From Rubripirellula sp. (GTDB lineage: Bacteria; Planctomycetota; Planctomycetia; Pirellulales; Pirellulaceae), in contig OZ244207.1 in the NCBI GenBank assembly GCA_965216875.1, positions 2,240,001 to 2,304,000 on the forward strand: 64,000 nt of DNA, written 5' to 3'. The notes beneath the pieces were generated by a model, which saw only the letters and a program-made list of their open reading frames with translations, was not told the DNA's origin and searched no databases. The position numbers were made by a program, and so were the translations under genes. Of this stretch, positions 11,501-18,981 are shown one piece after another. Numbering within the stretch: position 1 is the first letter of the stretch; each line of letters starts with the position of its first letter.

Positions 11501-12829
11501 ACTACGATCATTGGCGTAAAGCACGTGACAGGCACTACAGCCGCTGCTTCGGTAGTCACCCGGGTGATCGTTCGTCCCCAAGAAGTTGAGCGTGGGGTCG
11601 AGCAATCTTGTTTTGGCAAGGCCGACGTAGACGGGGTCGGTTCGGTTCTCGGTCCCGAGGCCACGGTTGCTGAGCCGTTCACGTGGTCGCCCGGGTTCTT
11701 CAAGGATTTCAGGAATGCCGACTTCAGCGCGAAAACGGCCACCGCGTTCAAAGATTCTTAGCACGTTGCCCGGCTGGCTGACCTGGTAGGGCAACAAGGG
11801 CTGCAGATAGGGAACGATGCCTTTATTGCGCGTCTCTTCGGGCGTCGGCAAGGGTACGTTCTGCAGGATCTGAGGCGCTCCGTGCATGCTGTACGATTCG
11901 CCGTATTGGGCGTACTTTTTGTCGGTCGATCCGTTGTTGTAAAGAGCCGCGCCCCAAAGCATGCAACCGTGCGTCATCATGCTTTTGCGAAGCTGCAAAA
12001 CTTCGTTGGGGTGACACTGTCCACAGGCAATGTGCGCAACACGCAGGTCACCCGGATTCATGAACCGAATGAACTCAGGATCCTCATGATTGAGGATGGT
12101 GTAACTGCGAACCGGATTGGCGCTGTCCTTCCAGGCTGGCGCGAAACGAGGCCAGACGTGTGCGCCTTTGATATTGAAGCAAGTCGCATCGCCACCGTGA
12201 CAATCGGTGCATCCGATTTGGACGGAGTTGATCGGGTGCATGTGCCCGACGTCGGTATGACAGTGAATGCAACTTTCACTCTTCAAGTAGGCATCGCCCG
12301 ACGTTTGCCGCGCCAGGTCGTCGTGACGCAGATTCTCTGGAATCGGATAGGACGGGTTGTCGGCAATGCCCAAGCGACGCGCGACGTCCCAAGGGTCATC
12401 ACTGCGGCGGCCAATCCCTGACTCGGTGGCTCCCAATGAATCGGAGGCAGCGCGTCCGTGATAAGTACGTGGCAAAGGAATCTTCTGCTCAGGCACAACA
12501 ACGCCCTCGGGCAGATCAGGGCGTGACGCCACGCGAATTTTTGGTTGAGCCGAGGCTCTTGGCAATGGCTTGGGCGCGGTGTCAAGTTGGTCCGAAAGAC
12601 GCATCGTAAACGGCTCGGGCGCATGGTCGGCCGGGTTACCCGATTCACGTTGCTCGTTCGAATCGTTGCTACCTGCGGGTTCCACGTGCGACACCGGTTT
12701 GACTTGCGCCTGTGAACGCAACAAGTCTTTCAGCTTTGCCGTTCGCTGACTCGGTGTTTGCGCCTGCGCATCGGAAACGCAGACGGCAACGACGACCAAC
12801 GCTAGTAGTTGTTTGATGAATCCGTTCAT
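8495..12829 (-). CDS. Exported multiheme c-type cytochrome (10 CxxCH) fused to a C-terminal LVIVD-repeat beta-propeller
   Basis: Sec signal MNGFIKQLLALVVVAVCVSDAQA (ATG 12829; ORF open to 12877). Motifs CIHCH, CTDCH, CGQCH, CSACH, CMVCH, CTDCH, CIDCH, CISCH, CFGCH, CSDCH. About 7 repeats such as YAYVAAGKHGLAILDIENP, YAYICAKAGLVVVDISDP, FAYVADGKNGLRVIQL. Confidence 0.88.
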   Translation of the reverse strand: MNGFIKQLLALVVVAVCVSDAQAQTPSQRTAKLKDLLRSQAQVKPVSHVEPAGSNDSNEQRESGNPADHAPEPFTMRLSDQLDTAPKPLPRASAQPKIRVASRPDLPEGVVVPEQKIPLPRTYHGRAASDSLGATESGIGRRSDDPWDVARRLGIADNPSYPIPENLRHDDLARQTSGDAYLKSESCIHCHTDVGHMHPINSVQIGCTDCHGGDATCFNIKGAHVWPRFAPAWKDSANPVRSYTILNHEDPEFIRFMNPGDLRVAHIACGQCHPNEVLQLRKSMMTHGCMLWGAALYNNGSTDKKYAQYGESYSMHGAPQILQNVPLPTPEETRNKGIVPYLQPLLPYQVSQPGNVLRIFERGGRFRAEVGIPEILEEPGRPRERLSNRGLGTENRTDPVYVGLAKTRLLDPTLNFLGTNDHPGDYRSSGCSACHVLYANDRSPVASGFLAKYGNRGTAAAERDEWVQFIDPMIRKDQPGHPIQHKFELRMPTSQCMVCHVHPGTNVINSYLGYMWWDNETDGELMYPTKQKHLTAEDYIRATESNPNEAAARGHWSDPEFLANVSDLNPHLRHTQFADFHGHGWVFRAVFKKDRKGNLLDWKNDKIGEASNEQLQAAVAPPTEKEQTDAGKCRPDAPVHLMDIHMEKGMHCTDCHFYQDSHGNTNLYAEVRAAIEIQCIDCHGTADETLVEKVERQIANGQAPRLPTTGPAAPTNGTNLLALRTTFDTPRFEILREPGKEPQLIQRSTVEPDKYWVVSQTANTIRPGSSEYNPRSHAAKTVRMADDGKLTWGGSDKDAVLACAHRNENMSCISCHSSWNPSCFGCHLTQKANIKSPELHNNGDVTRNRTSYNFQTLRDDVFMLARDGNVTGNRIGPARSSCAIHVSSLDAKRQSIYTQQQTISGDGMSGIAFSTNVPHTVRGGAGWSNESAHGMPGVYETKSCSDCHLSINEDNNALMAQLLMQGTGFTNFIGKYCYVAAGEHGFEAVVVTENTEPQAVIGSSLHKIAYPDNYKEHVKHGRKLEHSHEHPGRDIIEALSLRFRKPEVLDLQHRGEYLYAACGKGGLRVFDIAFIDHKAFSERITTAPVSPVGQRFYVRSKYATGVAAPTTIAPDPTRVQDPRNEEPAVHSMYAYIYVTDREEGLILVGAGTLLDGNPLNNYLERALTFNPDGILCGAESITIVGTYAYICAKAGLVVVDISDPTCPHVTEVIGQDELHHPHKVAVQFRYGFVTDEEGVTVLDTTDLAHPRVVHHVPLHDAHGIYLARTYAYVAAGKHGLAILDIENPQAAYVDQIYDANGCINDAHDVKLGITNVSQFAYVADGKNGLRVIQLTSPEVPGNDGFSPRPMPYLVASYKLPKEGHALAISRGMDRDRAVDESGNQIAVFGRVGARPLSRAEADRMYRRKDGTPWYVSDDIFDPRVFRHPDAKVIKHVVEKPTLRH

Positions 12830-12900
12830 ATCATTTAGCCAACGGGGGCAGACGATTGAGGGGCATCGCTTTGACATCCCTCATGTGGCGTCTGCTTTCG

Positions 12901-14934
12901 CTAGTACTCGAGGATGAGCTCCATGAATCCCGCGACGTGATTTCGGGTGTCGCCGTTTAGGTTTTGAAACAGGTCTTTGAATCCGCCACCTGGGATCAGC
13001 GTTGCGATCCCCCCTTCGATCAGCACGTTGTTGTTATGCAGCGGGCGGTATTCGATGCCTGAACTGAGGTCGACGCCGATGAACTCGCGCACGTCGCCAA
13101 CAAACAGGTAAGTTTCCAGCACTTCCGTTTTGTCAAACCAAAGGAAGTTACAGTTATTGATGGTCTTCAGCCGGGGCGTGATGTCGGCATCGATCCCAAG
13201 GTTGAACAGGTGCAGGCCAGGATTGACGAAATTGGTTTGCCCCTGAAACTTCGTGTTTCGAAGGCTAGGTGTGAGTGCTTCGCGATTGACCAACTCAACG
13301 CCGAATAGCCGAATTCCCTGGCGTCCCCAATAGCTGAATTCCTGGCCTGCAAAGTTCGGTTCGGCAAAGATCGCATCGAAACCGGTCGCCCGGCTGTCGT
13401 TCGGATCACTGTCACCGGAACTATAGAAGTAAGACGTTCGGAAACGCACCCAGTCACGGTCGTAGGAAAGCTCGAGTGCCGCCATGTAGGCACTGATATC
13501 GACCTCACGCCCCGCGATGGGGTTCAAGTCGTCGCGTCCGAGCACGTAGTAAAACGCACTGCTCACGTTGATCCGTTCAATGTGCCCATTGCTCGCCGTT
13601 CCGAAGTAGTACGACTTGACGTCATGTGGAACAGCAACCCCAACGGGGTCGGGCCGAACGAGGAAGTTGTTTTTATCAAACTCCATCGACGGCTTGTCGT
13701 GGTTGTAGTGGAACGAGAAGGTGACGTCGTATCCGGGATAGAGAAAATCCTGGCGATAGTAGTTGGCAATCCAAGTGTTCTGATGGCGGTCTTCATTCAG
13801 ACGGTTCAACAGACTGTTGGTGTCCTTTTCCGTTTGATCAAACCAGATCACGTTGAATTCATCGCGGTTGCTGTTCCGCGTACCGAACAAGCGAACGGCG
13901 CGGTTGATGTCGTTGAAAATGAACCCGCGGAAATCACTAACGAAGATTTGGCTGCCCGCTCGAACGGACGCGAAGTCGTAGTAGGGACTGGTGTCAGCAA
14001 GCTTGGCTTCGAAAAACCATTCTTCCAAGGCAAAGTCTTTGCGAAACCGTTGCGTTCCAGCGCGAACGTCTGGATTCACAACCGCAAGCTCATCAGCCAC
14101 GAAGTTGTTGATGTTGAAAATCATGTCGACTTTCACACGCCAGTCGACCGGCTTGAAGAACGTGTTGCCGTGGAACAGATCAAACGCGAGTTGCATTTGA
14201 TTCACGACCGTGAACGAATCGGGATCGCCAAAGAAGGCAGCAGCGCCCGGATTTCGTGTTGCTTCGAAGGGAGTCGTCGGCGTCGGAAGCTGGCGTCCCT
14301 CAAGAAGCGTCAGGTTGATTCCGGTGATATTCAGGAAGGTGTGTTGCCCGATGATCGGGTAGTCACCTTTGAGAACGTTTTGGTTGTAGGGGTCCCACCA
14401 GGCACCTTTGACACCTGGATAGTCATCCATGATCGGGTGCCCTTTGCCATAACGGTCTGAGTCAGGCAGCCCCAACCGCCAACGATCTTCGAGCGGAATG
14501 AAGTGGCTGCTTGTTTGCGATTCCGTTGGTAGAACACCGCTCGGGCCGGTGAAGCCGTATGGATGGCCCTTGCCGCCCGCGACAACCAGGGGATTGGTGT
14601 GGTCTTCGAGCGGACCGATTGCAGGGAGTCGCTGCTGCGGTTCGTCGGCTGGCCTCAAAACCTTCGGGCGAATCTCGGATTCCGCTTGGACCAACTGGAT
14701 CGCCGACAGTTGCTCTGCAATCGTCGAACCGTTTTTGATGGGCGTGCTTGGATCACCGGACCTTAGATCGAACAGCGCTTCGTCCACCGGAGTGCTTAGC
14801 AGATCGGCTTGAAGCTCGATGCCTGGACCGAGCTGAAGCAGATCACCCAGGGCGCGGGTCTGAGCGCGCACCGTCGACGTGCTGCACATTGCAGTCAGCG
14901 TCAAAACGATGATCGCGATCCGAACCATACGCAT
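12901..14934 (-). CDS. Predicted outer-membrane beta-barrel protein (alginate-export/porin-like)
   Basis: Signal peptide; many amphipathic aromatic-rich strands (YMAALELSYDRDWVRFRTSYFYSSGD, IGVDLSSGIEYRP); YSSGDSDPND loop reminiscent of AlgE-type barrels; ends in FMELILEY with a terminal aromatic residue. Confidence 0.72.
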   Translation of the reverse strand: MRMVRIAIIVLTLTAMCSTSTVRAQTRALGDLLQLGPGIELQADLLSTPVDEALFDLRSGDPSTPIKNGSTIAEQLSAIQLVQAESEIRPKVLRPADEPQQRLPAIGPLEDHTNPLVVAGGKGHPYGFTGPSGVLPTESQTSSHFIPLEDRWRLGLPDSDRYGKGHPIMDDYPGVKGAWWDPYNQNVLKGDYPIIGQHTFLNITGINLTLLEGRQLPTPTTPFEATRNPGAAAFFGDPDSFTVVNQMQLAFDLFHGNTFFKPVDWRVKVDMIFNINNFVADELAVVNPDVRAGTQRFRKDFALEEWFFEAKLADTSPYYDFASVRAGSQIFVSDFRGFIFNDINRAVRLFGTRNSNRDEFNVIWFDQTEKDTNSLLNRLNEDRHQNTWIANYYRQDFLYPGYDVTFSFHYNHDKPSMEFDKNNFLVRPDPVGVAVPHDVKSYYFGTASNGHIERINVSSAFYYVLGRDDLNPIAGREVDISAYMAALELSYDRDWVRFRTSYFYSSGDSDPNDSRATGFDAIFAEPNFAGQEFSYWGRQGIRLFGVELVNREALTPSLRNTKFQGQTNFVNPGLHLFNLGIDADITPRLKTINNCNFLWFDKTEVLETYLFVGDVREFIGVDLSSGIEYRPLHNNNVLIEGGIATLIPGGGFKDLFQNLNGDTRNHVAGFMELILEY

Positions 14935-15336
14935 GGGGTGGTGGTCTCTTGTCGCTGTTTTGCCCGTCTTGCCTTAATGGGCCTTTGAATCAAAGCGTTT
15001 CTCGAGCAGCTTCACTGTCCGAGAGTCACAGAACCGCTGCATCCGCCCGGGGCTTTTGGAAGCCCCTCGCCGGGAGCACAAAGAGCATCTTTGTGGCCTA
15101 CCTTTGTCCCGGTTGGGGTTTGATGGCCCCAAACTGCGGTTTCAGGTTGTATCGGTTGGGGGACAACTGACACTGATAACGAAGAATCCAATAAATCCAA
15201 TTTTTCAGTCTCCTCTGCCACTTTCCCGGGTTTAGCTCGTCAAACCTGGCAATTGAAGTAGCATGGGGAGACCCCCGAGTTCGGTGGCCCTCCGGTTGAA
15301 AGGTGGAGGGTGCCAAAACGCGTACCGGAATCCTCG

Positions 15337-18054
15337 ATGAGCAAACGTTCACGACGCCCCCGCTCCAGAAGGTTGGCCGCAGAATCGCTTGAACGCAGGC
15401 AAATGCTTGCGGGCGATGTCTGCATGCACAACCTCGATATGCCGACCGACGTCAACGGGGACGGTCACGTGACATCCAGCGACGCGTTAGCAGTCGTTAA
15501 CCACATGACCCGGCTGCGCAGCGCCGAGGGCGATTCGCCAGCGGTTCCCACGGTAACGCCAAAGATGGTCGACGTTGACAACAACGGCGACGTTACCGCG
15601 CGCGACGCATTGATGGTGATCAACGACCTTCGCATCGAAGCGGAGATCATTCCTGCTGACACCCCTCGACCACCCGAACTTGATTACGACCTCATCGCTC
15701 GCCCAGCAGATGTCGATGACGATGGGATCGTTGAAGGCGACGACATCAACGCCAAAGATTCGACCTTCAAAGTCCTCAAGAACTTCAAGTCACTCGACCC
15801 TGGCAATCCAGACTTTGAGTACGCATCACAGTTCAACAAAGCGTTTCGTCGCGATGGCGCGTTGAACTTGTTGACCACTGACGACGTCGAAACGCTGCTC
15901 GACCGCGCCTCGGCGGCAACCAAGAGCGATGATGCAATCATTGTTGTTGTGGATCGCAACGGAACGATGCTCGGAGTGCGCGTTGAAGAGGGTGTGAGCC
16001 TAAGTCCGACGGGCGATGCCGACCTGGACGCCAAGAAGCTTGCCTACGCCATTGATGGTGCTGCCGCGAAAGCGCGAACGGCTGCTTTCTTCAGCAACAA
16101 CGCAGCCCCCATCACTAGCCGAACGATTCGATCACTGAGTCAGTCGACGATGGTGCAACGTGTCGTCGAAGCATCACCAGTTGACCTACGTGGACAAGAG
16201 TATGTCGGCCCCGGTTTTGTGGCGCCGATTGGCGTCGGCGGCAAGTTTCCACCCGAAGTTGATTTCACTCCTCAGGTAGACCTGTTCGCGATCGAGCACC
16301 AAAGTCGTGACAGCCAACGTCATCCGGGTGCTGACCAGATCAAAGGAAATGAGGACGATTTCTACCTGCGGACGCGATTCAACAGCGATCCAACTTTCGT
16401 TCCGGACAACACCGAATCGTTCTCACAGAGCTGGCCTGAAGCGTATGGGATTCAGGTCGATCGCTTCTTTGACTCGCAATCGCGTGGGATCGCGACACTT
16501 CCCGGCGGCGTTCCTCTTTACAAACTAGTAACTGAAGATGGCGGAGGCCCCGTTTCGGCTGGCACACCGCTGAGCGAACGGATCAACCTTGTCGGAGGCA
16601 TTGGCGTCTTTTTCCCTGGTGAAGAGGGCGATGCAACGTTTGAGCAGGGTTTCGTGCACGGCGTTGGCCAATCCGAAAAGTCGCGCACGAACGCACCGAA
16701 AGTGCTCGAGGCCGAATTCGCAGCCGTGATCGCCTCGGCTGGCGGTGGCTTGTTCAATCCGTTCCAATCGGCCTTCGTTCGCAATCTGTCCGCCTTCAAC
16801 TCCGAGCTGCCTCCGCTTCCCAATTTCATTCTGCCAACAGGCCGAATTGATTTGGTTGGCATCACGCTTGAGATCTTCGGCCCCAATCCAGATCGTTCGT
16901 TCCGAAAGCCCGGTATCGATCGATTGATCGCGGTCGGTTCCGCGACATTCGGTGGTGCTGGATTCATTTCCGGCGACTTGGTTCCAATCAACAAAGATGG
17001 CGACCTGCTGCAACCTGGTAAGCCAGTCCCCGAGGGCTGGTTGGTCGCGCCACACGATTCCGCCTTGCCCGGCGGATTGTCGGCCGAAGACGTTGACAAA
17101 ATCATCGCCGAAGGTGTCGACGAGGCGCTAAAGACGCGGGCTGCCATTCGCTTGGACATCGACGGTGGATTCAAAGCGGGTGTTCCAACCGGAATGGTAT
17201 TGTCGGTTGCCGACACCAACGGTGAGCTACTTGGCGTCTACAGAATGCCCGACGCGACCGTCTTTTCGATTGACGTGTCGATCGCCAAATCTCGAAACAC
17301 GAGTTACTACGCCGACCCAACACCTGGCGTCCTGCAAGACGAAGACCGGATCGATTTTAACAACGACGGCATCTTTGGCGGCGTATCGACATCACTTAGC
17401 GACTTTGGCGGTGATACCGTCCCAGTGGGAACGGCTCTGACAAATCGCTCCTTCCGTTTTGTCGTCGAACCGCGGTATCCGACGGGAATTGAGTTACCCA
17501 ATTCTGCTGGCGATGGCTTGGTCAACGACCCCAATCTGAACCTCTGCGACCAAAAGCTCGCTGTGTGCAAGTTGACTGGGCCGCAAAGCATCGTCCGCAT
17601 GCCAGGAATCAACCCGATCACCGGCGAGAACTTGGTCAACGACGCACCGCTCGACGCGGCGGTCTATCAATTCAGTCCTGATGATCACGTCGACGGACGC
17701 AACACGTTTAGCGTTCTCGCCTTCGACGCGTTCAATCCAAGCCGTAACTTCCGAGACCCGGGTGATGGATCGGTCGTGATTCATGGTGACGGATCACCCG
17801 AACCGCTTGCCAACCAAAATGGGATCGTCTTCTTCCCAGGTAGCACAGCGCTTTACAAGGGTGCGGGCAACGAAACTCTCGTGGGTGGTTTCGGGGTCAG
17901 TGGCGATGGCGTCGACCAAGATGATGTTGTCACCGTCGCCGGCCAAGATGGATTCGCGCCACCTCAATCGCTTCGCGTCGACACCTTCGTCCTCGCAGGC
18001 GTTCGGCTGCCCTTCCAAAAGTTCAACCGCGTCCCGCAGCTGAACACCCGGTAA
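15337..18054 (+). CDS. Exported protein: planctomycete extracellular motif + dockerin type I-like pair + two GlcG/HbpS (haem-degrading family)-like domains
   Basis: RRLAAESLERRQMLAGD; DVNGDGHVTSSDALAVVN and DVDNNGDVTARDALMVIN. Domain 1: LTTDDVETLLDRA..IVVVDRNG..AKARTAAFF..LPGGVPLYK..LVGGIGV. Domain 2: LSAEDVDKII..SVADTNG..RMPDATVFSIDVSIAKSRNT..FPGSTALYK..LVGGFGVSGDGVDQDD. Confidence 0.82.
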   Translation: MSKRSRRPRSRRLAAESLERRQMLAGDVCMHNLDMPTDVNGDGHVTSSDALAVVNHMTRLRSAEGDSPAVPTVTPKMVDVDNNGDVTARDALMVINDLRIEAEIIPADTPRPPELDYDLIARPADVDDDGIVEGDDINAKDSTFKVLKNFKSLDPGNPDFEYASQFNKAFRRDGALNLLTTDDVETLLDRASAATKSDDAIIVVVDRNGTMLGVRVEEGVSLSPTGDADLDAKKLAYAIDGAAAKARTAAFFSNNAAPITSRTIRSLSQSTMVQRVVEASPVDLRGQEYVGPGFVAPIGVGGKFPPEVDFTPQVDLFAIEHQSRDSQRHPGADQIKGNEDDFYLRTRFNSDPTFVPDNTESFSQSWPEAYGIQVDRFFDSQSRGIATLPGGVPLYKLVTEDGGGPVSAGTPLSERINLVGGIGVFFPGEEGDATFEQGFVHGVGQSEKSRTNAPKVLEAEFAAVIASAGGGLFNPFQSAFVRNLSAFNSELPPLPNFILPTGRIDLVGITLEIFGPNPDRSFRKPGIDRLIAVGSATFGGAGFISGDLVPINKDGDLLQPGKPVPEGWLVAPHDSALPGGLSAEDVDKIIAEGVDEALKTRAAIRLDIDGGFKAGVPTGMVLSVADTNGELLGVYRMPDATVFSIDVSIAKSRNTSYYADPTPGVLQDEDRIDFNNDGIFGGVSTSLSDFGGDTVPVGTALTNRSFRFVVEPRYPTGIELPNSAGDGLVNDPNLNLCDQKLAVCKLTGPQSIVRMPGINPITGENLVNDAPLDAAVYQFSPDDHVDGRNTFSVLAFDAFNPSRNFRDPGDGSVVIHGDGSPEPLANQNGIVFFPGSTALYKGAGNETLVGGFGVSGDGVDQDDVVTVAGQDGFAPPQSLRVDTFVLAGVRLPFQKFNRVPQLNTR

Positions 18055-18092
18055 TCTCTTCGTCCGTTCACGCGCACGCCCCCATTGCCTTG

Positions 18093-18151
18093 GTAGGGTG
18101 TGTGCTTGCACGCACCATGTGGTGTTTGGTGCGTGCAAGCACACACCCTAC
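18093..18151. repeat. REP doublet, family A (GTAGGGTGTGTGCTTGCACGCACC inverted pair)
   Basis: 24-bp arms at 18093-18116 and 18128-18151 are perfect reverse complements; lies between convergent genes. Confidence 0.9.
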
Positions 18152-18187
18152 ATTCGTTTTGCCGCGGAAATACCGTGGCGAACCGAA

Positions 18188-18856
18188 CTAACCCGAGATC
18201 CATTCGCTCGTGTCGGGCTCGTTTCCCTTTTCGTTGACCTCTCTTACGCTGCGAAACAGTTGGATGGGCAGTTGCACGAGTCCAACCAATATCAGTGTTC
18301 CAAAGAACCACGTGGCAACGGCAATGGTTGAAAGCGAGGTCCACAGCGTCAATGCGGAAAGGGTGATCCCAAACACGGCGAGCAACGATTTGAACTCTGT
18401 TGGGCCAAACTTCGACAGTGTGAACTCGCCAATGAGTTTCGCCTTGATGTTCGTCAGAACAGCGGTCGCAAAAAGACAGATGACCGCGACCAATGCGAAG
18501 TCGAGACGACCGCATGCAAACCCGATGCCGACCAACCAGTAGGCAAAAGAAAGCGGGTCGGTGAAGTGGTCGAGCAGTTCGCCGCCATTTCGACATTGAT
18601 TGGTCGTGCGAGCGTGCGTGCCGTCGACGCAGTCAGCGGTGTGATTGGCGATGACGCCAAAGGCTGCCAACAACCCGCCCCACCAGTGAGTTGTCGACAG
18701 AGCAAAACCGACTGCGCCAACGGCCGCACAAAGATGCCCTGCCAAAACGATCCCCTCGGGCGGAAACGTTTTGGGGATACGCAAATGCGGGTAAAGCGAT
18801 TTGAGTCGTGGCCCAATGACCGGGTCCAATACGCTATGAGAGATTCGTTGTGACAT
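18188..18856 (-). CDS. CDP-alcohol phosphotransferase family protein
   Basis: ADCVDGTHARTTNQCRNGGELLDHFTD matches DxxDGxxAR...GxxxDxxxD; multiple transmembrane helices. Start probably ATG 18856. Confidence 0.88.
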   Translation of the reverse strand: MSQRISHSVLDPVIGPRLKSLYPHLRIPKTFPPEGIVLAGHLCAAVGAVGFALSTTHWWGGLLAAFGVIANHTADCVDGTHARTTNQCRNGGELLDHFTDPLSFAYWLVGIGFACGRLDFALVAVICLFATAVLTNIKAKLIGEFTLSKFGPTEFKSLLAVFGITLSALTLWTSLSTIAVATWFFGTLILVGLVQLPIQLFRSVREVNEKGNEPDTSEWISG

Positions 18857-18981
18857 CGATGCTGGTTCGATCTGAGTTTCGAGTTGGGCTCTAAAATACA
18901 GAGAGACCAACGAGCCGAGGGCGCTGCGCCATTTGTCGCCGATCTCCCGTTTGTGACGGAATCACGCCTATAATTGCAGGC

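Noticed and set aside
8831..14460. Long plus-strand ORFs (8831-9820, 11081-11761, 13582-14460)
   Set aside because: Antisense shadows of the cytochrome and barrel genes, expected in GC-rich DNA; no recognisable motifs.
8495..14934. Naming the pair mtrA/mtrB, or the cytochrome hao or hzs
   Set aside because: Size, heme spacing and the LVIVD propeller do not match those families; only the general logic is similar.
15246..15263. Possible sigma54 promoter TGGCAATTGAAGTAGCA upstream of the GlcG-like gene
   Set aside because: GG-to-GC spacing is 11 rather than the required 10, and TTGC is absent.
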